DNA of 64,000 nucleotides from Camelus ferus (Eukaryota): contig NC_045713.1 of the NCBI RefSeq assembly GCF_009834535.1, positions 21,700,001-21,764,000 of the forward strand. Reading direction: 5' to 3'. This document shows, piece by piece, positions 26,361 to 35,547 of the stretch. Both the position numbers and the translations under genes were made by a program. Below the pieces are notes generated by a model, which searched no databases, had not been told where the DNA came from, and saw only the letters and a list, made by a program, of their open reading frames with translations. Positions within the stretch are counted from its first letter, which is position 1; every line of letters begins with the position of its first letter.

Positions 26361-27309
26361 AAGTAGCAAGACAGCCCCATAATCATACCAGCCCAGTCTC
26401 TCCAATGACCCCAAAAAGTGAAAGGACCAGGATCCCCTTGGTCACCTGCAGTCTCTGACACAGACAGTGTCCTCTGGGAATCCCAAATATCTGGGCCTCA
26501 GCAAGACTAGGGGGCAGGGTAAGCATGATTACAAATCAGATTTCCACAAGCTCGTTTCTCCCCATAAAAATCACTTAAAATAGTTTATGTCTGACCCTCC
26601 TTATTTTCAATGAAAGAAAACAAAATGCAGCAAATCAGTGTGGACAGAACATGAGAAAGTGCGTGAGTCAGGCATACATGGTTCTCTAGGTGGGTCCAGG
26701 GGCACAAGGTCTGGTTTTCATAGGGCTGCTAAGAACTGTCTTTTCTCACCCGCGATCTCTTGAAAGGGCACAGTGTGCTGTTCCAAAGGCCATGGGACAG
26801 GCAATGTCGAAATCACGTGAAGGCAGAAGCAGAGCTGAGAATGCAGCTCCTTTAGGAGATCTGCACAAATGTAAAACGATGGGAAAATAATGCTGGTTTT
26901 CATTAAAGCATGTTGTTCACATGTAGTGGAATTATAATTGTTGGTTTTAAGTGAAAAGCATAAGCATTATGGCTTCTCCATTTCCGTTTCTAACACAGTA
27001 AATACACCTAGATGTCACTTCTTAATAGAAGCAGGGTTCTGAGACTGAATGTGAAAGCTGTGCCTGGCGTTTGGACCGGCAGACTGCAACTGCGTGGGCC
27101 TGTGGCTCCACCTAGTGGTAAGAACCAAGCAAGGGGACAAGGGAGGACAGAGCTGCCTGACACCACCACGCATCTGCCCATTAGAGACGGACCTCTATAC
27201 CATGGGTCTTTTCGACTTGCACAACCCAGAACCTGCCAATGGCCAGGTCAGGGGCCTTTGAGGAGGGAAGGGCTGTGAAGGAACCAGGAGAGGCGGCCTG
27301 GAGGCCAGA

Positions 27310-27475
27310 ACTCAGGGACTTAACAACATAGGGTAGTGGCAGGGCCACCCTGTGCACAGGGGTGTTGAGCAACACCCCTGGCCTCCACCCTCTAGATGCC
27401 ACAACCACTTCTGGTGGGAGCCGCCATCCACACCCTGGCAGAGAGCTGGGGCAAGGTTGGATGTGGGTCTCAGGA
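27310..27475 (-). mobile_element. MER20 (hAT-Charlie) fragment
   Basis: Minus strand GTGGCATCTAGAGGGTGGAGGCCAGGGGTGTTGCTCAACACCCCTGTGCACAGG matches the MER20 core. Confidence 0.7.
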
Positions 27476-27989
27476 TACCAGGCTTAATCGTATGCAAACC
27501 TGTGCCTTGATTCGCTGGATTTTGTCTCTAACATGCCCCTCCTGCTCCCTGTAAGCCTCACCTCCTTGCTGTGCAAGCCACAGGCCACCAGGACAGCGAC
27601 CAAAGTCCTTAACTGAGTCACATCGGAAGACAATCTTTATCCACTGTCGCCTGTCTGCACACGTTTCACACAGAAGTGCCTGATGTACAGCTTCACGACA
27701 TTCCTCAAAACACAGCTGTAGCAATGTGGCTCAGGTTTCCAAGAAAGCTCTTTGAGTTGGAAAGACGGTGTCCCCTTGACAGGGGCAACATGGGATGGAG
27801 GGACCTGGGAAGGGAGGACCTGAGGGAGGGAACGTGAGGAGGCGCCTGAGAGGGGACATGAGAAGGGGTATCTGAGATGGTGACCTGAGTCGGGCGGACT
27901 TGAGGGGGACCTGGGTGGAGGAACCTGGGAAGACTTGAGAGCGGGGCGTGAGCTGGGCAGAGAGACTTCTGGCTCTCTCAGTCTCCAAC

Positions 27990-28450
27990 TTTTGTCACGG
28001 AGTCCCGCGACCGGTCACGCTCACCAATACCGGCGTGGGAGTGCCCGACCGCCTCAAAGGTCACCTGCCATAACTTAGCAGGAGCCTGGGAAGCCAGGTG
28101 AAAGGAAAATCTGAGTCACACATGTGACAGCGGAAGCTCCCTCCACGCCACGCTTCCGCCCCTGAAGACGTCGCCGCCCGGCTCCAAGATGGCCGCGACA
28201 CGCACGGAGACGTACCGCAAAGGCCCCGCCCCGGTGCCGGTGGACGGGCCCCCGCCCCCCCTCCGGCACGTCCCGCCTCTTCCGGCTTCGATCCGGAAGG
28301 GATCTCCCAAGTGCGCTTCGAGTGCGCGTGGCCAGGTGGAAAGTGGAAGCAGTGGGTGGCTCGGACGTGCTCGCTGTTCCTGTGCCCCGCCTAGGGGTCC
28401 GTAGCCTGCTGAACGGACCTTTCCTCCCGGAGCCGCTCAGTGCTTTTTTT
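27990..28450. promoter_or_regulatory. Orphan CpG-island promoter (YY1, ETS/GABP, Sp1, CRE, AP-1 motifs)
   Basis: CpG-dense. YY1 CAAGATGGCCGC at 28185-28196, CGGAAG at 28131, further CTTCCG/CCGGAAG copies, GACGTC at 28167-28172, TGAGTCA at 28112-28118, and GC boxes. Confidence 0.75.
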
Positions 28451-30344
28451 CATGATAAACACCACCACGTTAATGCCATTAAGAGTGCCAGAAACCTTTG
28501 CTTGGCTCAATTTCTTTAGATAAACGGGTCATCAGCCTCCGGTCCTAGGAAACTTCGTCTAATAAGGACTTTAAATCATAGTATTTGTCGCGTCGTGGTT
28601 TCCTGTCGAAATCCCAGCCTTCAGGGGAAGCCCATTGACCCTACTCTGCGTCCTGGTGGCAGAGCAGCGGGGCCTGAGTCCAGGCTAAGGTCGCAGCCAG
28701 GACCTCGCGGTGCGTGGGCTACTCCTGGAGGGTTAGCTCTCCTTGGGGTGATTGTGCTGACCCTCCGCGCTGCCCCCCAGTCCCCATGGAACAGGTTCCC
28801 AAGAACAGATACGTTCTGTGTGAACCCGAGCAGTGTGAATGTGCCATGGCTGCAGCTCTTGCCCGTCTCTGCCCAGCGAGCTCCGTTGTCCAGGGCACAC
28901 ACCCAGGGAGGCCGCAAGCCAGAGTTTGCTCCTTGCGTGGACTCCAGTTGGCTTTATCATCTCCCGTGTCCGATGACAGACCCTCCCCACGGGAGATTTA
29001 ATTCTGAGGGTCAGGGATGTCTTGATTTCTTTAAACCTGGCGTCTGTCTAAGACATCAGCTTCTCCACCCCGACTGGCCACAGCAGTCCTCTGCACAGTC
29101 TGCATCCTGAGGCAGAAGACGCGCACAGGGGAGGGAGTCCTACCCTGGACCTGGGAGGGGTGAAAGTCCTGGTTCCCATGAAGACCTGTCCCTTGGCACA
29201 GGACAGGGGTCCTTTCTGGGAAGAGACTTTTGTGATAGTTGAGGGTCCCTATTCAGTCATTTGTGCTTTGTGGTCACCAGAGCTTCTGTCAGCTTCTGAT
29301 GAAATGAGCAGATGACCAGGGTTCCAGGTGTTTGAGGGAAGTCACTCCATGAAGGACACAAAACCCACAGAAGAGGGTGGGACCTGGGCAAGCCCCAGAA
29401 CCCCAGGCCTCAGTTTCCTGCTCAGCACAGGGGCCAGTTCATCGGACCTATCTTGGACAGTGAGCACTGCTGGACATTGTCCTTGCCTGGGGGGTGTGGC
29501 CTGAGACCTGACAGAACCATGTCCCCCAAGGTGTCTCCTCCCTTTGCTTTGGTGGAAAACCCCTGAGTACTCTATCCAGGAGGCCTCTTCCATCCTCCTC
29601 GATGTGGTGGGCCTATCCCTTGGGACCTGAGCTCCCAGAATCCCACCTGCTAAGGCCTGAGTCCCACTGTGCTTGACTACTGGCCTGAGGGAGGTCCTAG
29701 AAGGCTCAACAGGGCCATCTGCACCTGTTTCCTCTGTGAAGCAGCAAAGGTGAGCTGCTTCTGGAACCAGCCGCAGCTGGCTGTGCTCATGCTGGGTCAG
29801 CCTTGCTCTTCTCATCAGAGGGTGCACGTGTGGGGTCAGTTGTGAGGCATAGAGCAGAAGGGGTCCTCTGCACACCTCAGTCCCACTCACATAGCTGCAT
29901 GCTGCCACTGCCCCATGCTCGGGCAGAATTCTCTGCAGTGCTGCACGGATCTGGGGTTGCAGCTGCAAGCCAAGAGGGAAGACCGAGAGCCAGGCCCAGA
30001 CCTCGGCAAGGACACACTGATGGCCTGGTGTGTGCATCCACCCTACTCACCCACCTCTGGGGCACATGGTCCTTTGGGGATGCAGACCAGCAGACTCAGC
30101 AGCAATGCGCAGAACCCATGAGCAGCGCTGGCTTCATTAGGAGGGGACTGCTGGGTGGCCTGTGGGCACTGGAGTGTTGTGTGCTTGGGCAGGTGCAGAC
30201 CCTGGGCCCTGACCACAGAACTGTTAGAATATACCACTTCACCAGTCACTTTGTGACTCAGAGGTCATTGTTCTGACTAGAGCCCGTAAGTCCCTGGAAT
30301 CACTGGTTGTATATTTTGTACATGTGAATCTGAGAGCTAGGTTT

Positions 30345-30452
30345 TTTTGTTTATTTTGGCTTTTTGTGTTTTAACAGAAGAACTGGGGATTGAATCTAGG
30401 GCCTCCTGCATGCTAAGCAGGTGCTCTACCACTGAGCTATACCTACTCCCCC
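30345..30452 (-). mobile_element. tRNA-Ala-derived SINE (camelid vic-1 type)
   Basis: Minus strand GGGGGAGTAGGTATAGCTCAGTGGTAGAGCACCTGCTTAGCATGCAGGAGGCCCTAGATTCAATCCCCAG plus an A-rich tail. Pol III A and B boxes and a TTAGCAT anticodon loop are present. Confidence 0.8.
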
Positions 30453-33289
30453 AGGACTACTTGGTTTTTTTTGTGACCTCTGTTTAACTGGGTGAAATAA
30501 AAAGTTTCTTTGTTATCTTCCAATCCCCATGTTCTCCTCTGCCAGTTTTGTTTCCAGGGATGGGAAACAAGTTGGCATGATGTCCCTCATGCAGGGACCA
30601 CTGTTACTGTACCTCAGGAATCGGGGTCACCTTGTTGTAACCCTGAGGGTCCCACACCCACTCCGGGATGGAGTGCTGGCCAGACAGCCCCCCTCCATTC
30701 CTTTCCAGGCCTGGGTCTTGCCGTGTGGGCCACTTGCCTTTTAATTTCCTCACTGGAGGGCAGGCCTATGGCCCTGGGAGGGTTGTGAGTCGGGTCTGAC
30801 CCCCCATCCCCAAGACCTGAAGTGCAGCTGCATACCCAGGGGAGGTGGTCTCGCACAGACCTTGTCTTACTTGCACTTGGTGCTGGATCTGTCCGGGCTG
30901 CGTACTCACTCGCTGGGATGCTGTGCAGGGGAGAGCCCCCATCTCAGGAGGCCCTGAGCAGGAGCTGACAACAGCCAGGGTGCTGCTGGGTTGCCAGCAT
31001 GCCCTTCACACTCAGAGGTAACTGAATGAGAGGCTAGTCTCAGTTCTGGCCCTGCCCAGCAAGGCCACGGGTAGCAGTGGCATTGGGACGGCACAAGCTG
31101 CAGGTCTCATCTGGTTGGAGTGATTCCTCCCCCTGCTCCCCGAGCCCTCATTCAGACACTGCCCCAGGGGTCAGAGAACCCCCCACACACTACTGTCTGA
31201 TTCTTCCTGAGCACTAAAATCAGCACTGCACCCGCCTCCAAGCCTGCCACATTCCTGGGAGCCCAGCCTGCACTGCCTGTCCCAGTCAGGAGCCCTGCAG
31301 GTGAGGGGCCTGAAGCAGCTGTTTCTAGGACAGCGAGGAGCCCTGTTGGTTCTCCTCAGCAGCCCAGTTAGTGGAGCTAATTTCAGAAAGGCATCTGGTC
31401 TCCCTGGACCAGCTCTGGGGGACTGCAAGGTGGCATCAGCTGGAGCACAAGCCATCACTGCTTCCAGAGCGTCCTCCTCCTGCCTCAATTCACTGGACTT
31501 TTGCGAGTTCCAGACCCAGCACTCCCCCTGGGGTGTCTAGGGTTCACAAGTTCACCTTCCCAGGAAGGTGAGAAATAGGAGCCGCAGGGTCCCTGACTCT
31601 CACCAAGGATGGGGGGCTTCACAGGCTCACAGGAGCAGGCGTGCGTCAGCTCAGTCACCACATGGAGTTATGGCCTCCATCACACGGGGCCACCGGGGTC
31701 AACACAGAGACCACTTCTGAACCCTGAGGGTCCACAGGGCAGTGGGCATGACTAGCACTCACAGACTGGAAACAGCACTGCAGAGTGGGAGTGCAGGACC
31801 CTGTGCCCCACAGCTCCCACCATCCTGATGGCAACATCCAGATGTGTTCAAGTGTTACCACTAAGGCCTGCATGCAGCTCGCCTGCTGATTTCAGCTGTG
31901 TTCACAATGGAGTGCTCTGATCCACGGTGGAGAGATCAAAGAGCACCTGCAAAGCAGGCCCCAGAGCAGACCACAGGGGGCCATGCCCTGCTGGGTCACA
32001 CCAGGGCTTCTCCCAGGGGACTCTTGGAAAACTGTTGGGCCAGAACCTGGTCTTAGGTGCCCCATTCTGCCCACGCCCTCAAGGGGAAGGTGTGGCTAGG
32101 TGGTGGGGCCTGGCTGGCCTGGGTCTCAGTCCAAACCTTGACACAGTTCTGGGGCCGAATTGACACCCTGCCCCCACCTCATGTGAGCAGGGCCCCCAGG
32201 CAGAGGAGAGCCCCTAACAGCCTGAGCGACAGGGTGCATGCCCTTAGGTGGAGTGACGCCAGCATTGCTGGCCATCTGCTCTAAGGAGGATGCTGGCACC
32301 CTTGGCTTTAAGCCCCCCACCCCCTGTAAATCCACCATAAAAATAATCCCTAGTTTCCCTAACATGCCCCAGTTCCAGAAGTGCCTCCTGATCCATCATC
32401 ACGTTGATGCTTGAGAGGCCGGCAGGCGCAGCTGACCTTGTTTTATGCACTCACAACAGGGAGGGCCCAGGAGCCCAAGGGGGCAGGGAACACTCTGTCC
32501 TGCCTTCCAAGTGGGAGCAGAGTGAGCCAGGGTGGCTGCAGGAACACCTGCCAAGAGCCTGGTCCAAGCTGCCCCAGGGAGCTCTGGGGACTGGCCTCCA
32601 TGGGCATTGATTGGTGAGCTGCGCCCTGCCACTTTCCACAGCTGCCCAGTCTGCCCACCACCACTGGCCTGGGAATAGGGGGCAGGGGTCAGAGCAGGAA
32701 GCAACTCTATGCAGGCCCAAGTACCCTAGCTGGAACAGGCTCACACCCATGGGTGGGTTATCTCTGGTCTGGTCAATGGATGCTGCTGAGGCCTGGGTAG
32801 GTGGGGCACAGCAAGTTGGCCCCATCCCCACTATTCCCATGTAGCCTGGTGACTCCAGGCTGTGAGGGGCATTGAGGGGCTGAGGTACAATCTAAGGCTG
32901 AAGGTCTTTGGTGCTGCACCACGTGGCAGCCCAGGAGCCCACACAGCCCAGTGGGAAGACACCTCACCATCCAGGGCCAGAGCTGACCTCAAACTGCCCC
33001 CAGCTGCATCTCTAACCCCTGGAGGCTGGCAGAGCATGCCTGGCAAAGCCAGATCCCAGGGGTCAGCTCAGCCCTGAGGAGGGAGGGCGGAGGTGGGGGC
33101 GGTGCCAGGGCCTGGCCCAGGTGGCAGGAGTGGGCGGGGCACCTGCTTGGGCTCTGCCCGCCTGTGTGCCAGGCTCACTCGTCCAGTCCATCACTTCGCC
33201 CTCTCCATCACTTGGCTCTTGTCATCACTTCATCCTCGCGGTCACAGTCCAAGGTAGGTCTGATGAACTGGCCCGTTTCTCGGCTGAGC

Positions 33290-33720
33290 AGGAAACCGAG
33301 GCCGGCGGCTCTGGGCCTTGCCCATGTCCCATTGGGCTGACCTGGACCATCCTAACCCAGAGACGCCCCTGCCGGCCTGTCTTCGGGATAGGCAGCGGCC
33401 CTGCGTGTTCTAAAGGGCTGGCCGGACTGGAGAGGAGCCTCAGTCTGCAGGAGGGCCGCAAGGGGAGCCGCGTCTGCACGCCGTGCGCGCCGCCCGCAGT
33501 GCCCGCCAAGCGAACGCCGTGCGCCGAGGCCGGGGGCGCGCGGGGTGGGCGGCAGGCTCCCGCAGCGGCGGCGACAGCGGCTGCGCGCAGGTAGGGGCGG
33601 CGGCGGGGAGGGGACTGCGGGAGGGCTGCCGCCCCTACCTGAGAAGCCCTCGCCCACGTGACTCTGAGTTTTCACGGGGTGGGGTGCTCAAACTCGAGGT
33701 CTCTGGGAGGGGAGCCCTGC
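33290..33720 (+). promoter_or_regulatory. GNG13: GNG13 CpG-island promoter and non-coding exon 1 (donor CAG|GTAGGG at 33590/33591)
   Basis: CpG-rich with GC boxes; strong donor 1.2 kb upstream of the exon-2 acceptor (TAG at 34766 or CAG at 34772). Confidence 0.7.
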
Positions 33721-34800
33721 ACGCCCCCACTGGCCGCCCCCTCCCCCGGCCCTGGCTCTCACCCTTGTTCCTGGTCGACCCTTCCAGGACCCCCTCCACA
33801 GCAGGAGGCAGGCAGGGTCACACTCCTGGTAGCCCCTGTTCACCCATCCTGAGTCAAGGAACCCGGGTCCCTGGCTCGCAGCCTCAGTGATGGGGGCAGG
33901 GCTTGAGGGGACACTGCAGGGCTCCCTGGGCCCCTTGAGTGGGCTGGGGCAATGGAGGCAGAGAACAACCTACCCTTAGCTGACCCCAGCTCACACGGTC
34001 TCCTGCGAGATCTGAACCTGTGGCTCTGCTGGGCAGGCTTACACTTAGGGACCTGGCCAGGGGCTTGTAGGCAGGTCAGAGGAGACACCGGGTAGCAGGA
34101 GGCTGCAGGGGTTCCAAGTCCTGGACCAGCTGCGCAGCCTGTGACCTCAAGATCCTCAGCATTGCCCCCATCTCTGGGGCCAGAGCAATGCAAATAGCAG
34201 CCTCACTCTCCAGGATTAACCTACCCTCAGGGTGGGCTTGGCCCATGCAAATCAGGGGGAGGCACACGGGTGTGTGTATCAGAGCCCTACCCCTTAGACG
34301 ATGGTCTGGGTTGCCCCTTCTGCAACCAGGAGTGGGAAGTGGGCCTCACAGTCGGGGGTCGGGGGATTTGTCCTGCTGTGTGCTGTGCTGCTGTCTCCCA
34401 GGGCAGGGACATTGCCCTGTCCCTCTCCAACCCAGAAGCCTGGCCTTGGTGAGGCTTTGATGGAGGGTAGGGATACAGAGCTAAGTGTGGAAAGTTTTCT
34501 CCGCAGTTAATTAGCCCCAAGGGAGGTGGGGGGCAGGCACATGAGGCCTCGTTAGTGGGGCCTCAGCTCCAGGCTGTGTACCCCAGTGGGTCACATGTGC
34601 TTTGGGGACCTCTCCAGGCAATGAGTTGGGCACTGGTGTGCTAGGGTGGAGCTCCCTTCTGCCTTTGTCAGGGTGGAGGCTCACCAGTGGGGAGAGAGCA
34701 CCTGGGGCGGGGCGGATGGCAGGCTGGTAGCCCCCTAGCTCTGTTGCCTTCTCCCATACCCTCTAGCTCCAGGCTGGCCACTTCCGAAGCTCCCGACGCC

Positions 34801-35189
34801 ATGGAGGAGTGGGATGTGCCCCAGATGAAGAAGGAAGTTGAGAGCCTCAAGTACCAGCTGGCCTTCAAGAGGGAGATGTCGTCTAAAACCATCCCTGAGT
34901 AAGTCCCCAAGACCCCCTGGAGCCACAGCCACACCCCACACAAGGCCAGCTGTGATTTGCATCTCATTTCCCTGTTTTGTACTCATTTGTTTGAGCCAAG
35001 ACCACATCCCTACACACTGCCATCAGGCAGCACTTCTGGGGGGCCCCGTGCCCACCTGCTCACCCCACCCTGCCCACCCACAGGCTCCTCAAGTGGATCG
35101 AGGATGGGATCCCCAAGGATCCCTTCCTGAATCCCGACCTGATGAAGAACAACCCGTGGGTGGAGAAGGGCAAGTGCGCCATCCTGTGA
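34801..35189 (+). CDS. GNG13: G protein subunit gamma 13, 67 aa; exons 34801-34898 and 35084-35189
   Basis: MEEWDVPQMKKEVESLKYQLAFKREMSSKTIPE-LLKWIEDGIPKDPFLNPDLMKNNPWVEKGKCAIL*; GT-AG intron; CaaX box CAIL. Confidence 0.98.
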
Positions 35190-35245
35190 GGCCCCTGCAA
35201 CCAGCTCATACCTCCCTCTAAAGAGGACAGCTCTGTAAAGGGGAC

Positions 35246-35272
35246 TATAAAAGTCTTTATAAAAAAGACTTT
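35246..35272. terminator. Overlapping variant poly(A) signals (TATAAA on both strands) shared by convergent GNG13 and CHTF18
   Basis: Palindrome TTTATAAA at 35256-35263. I found no AATAAA or ATTAAA on either strand between the two stop codons. Confidence 0.6.
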
Positions 35273-35316
35273 CTGAGGCTGTAAGTCTTCTGTACATTCT
35301 CTAGCAGAGAGAAAGG

Positions 35317-35530
35317 AATGTCCAGGCGTCCAGTGTGTATTTGGGGACATCTGGCATAGGACCAGGGTGTCCAGCATAGATCCTGGGGACATCTGGGGTG
35401 GATCCAGGGCACCCAGCATGACCCCAGGGTGGTCCAGCGTGGATCAGGATGTCCAGTATAGATCCCAACGACGTCCAGCACAGATCCAAACGTCCAGCAC
35501 AACACAGGGATGTCCAGCATAGATCCCAGG
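35317..35530. repeat. Degenerate ~20-nt minisatellite in the CHTF18 3' UTR
   Basis: Recurrent unit resembling TGTCCAGCATAGATCCCAGGGA. Confidence 0.8.
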
Positions 35531-35547
35531 GGCTCAGTGTGGCCCAC

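Noticed and set aside
28030-28075. KRAB-A-like start (CAG GTG ACC TTT GAG, 'VTFE') on the minus strand
   Set aside because: The similarity ends after four residues, and there are no zinc-finger exons in the window.
20000-29000. PRR25 protein-coding orthologue
   Set aside because: No long or recognisable minus-strand ORF; only a CpG island, a MER20 fragment and other repeats.
30380-30452. Functional tRNA-Ala(AGC) gene
   Set aside because: The acceptor stem is disrupted (extra AGTAG at the 5' end, non-pairing 3' end) and an A-rich tail follows, so it is a SINE.
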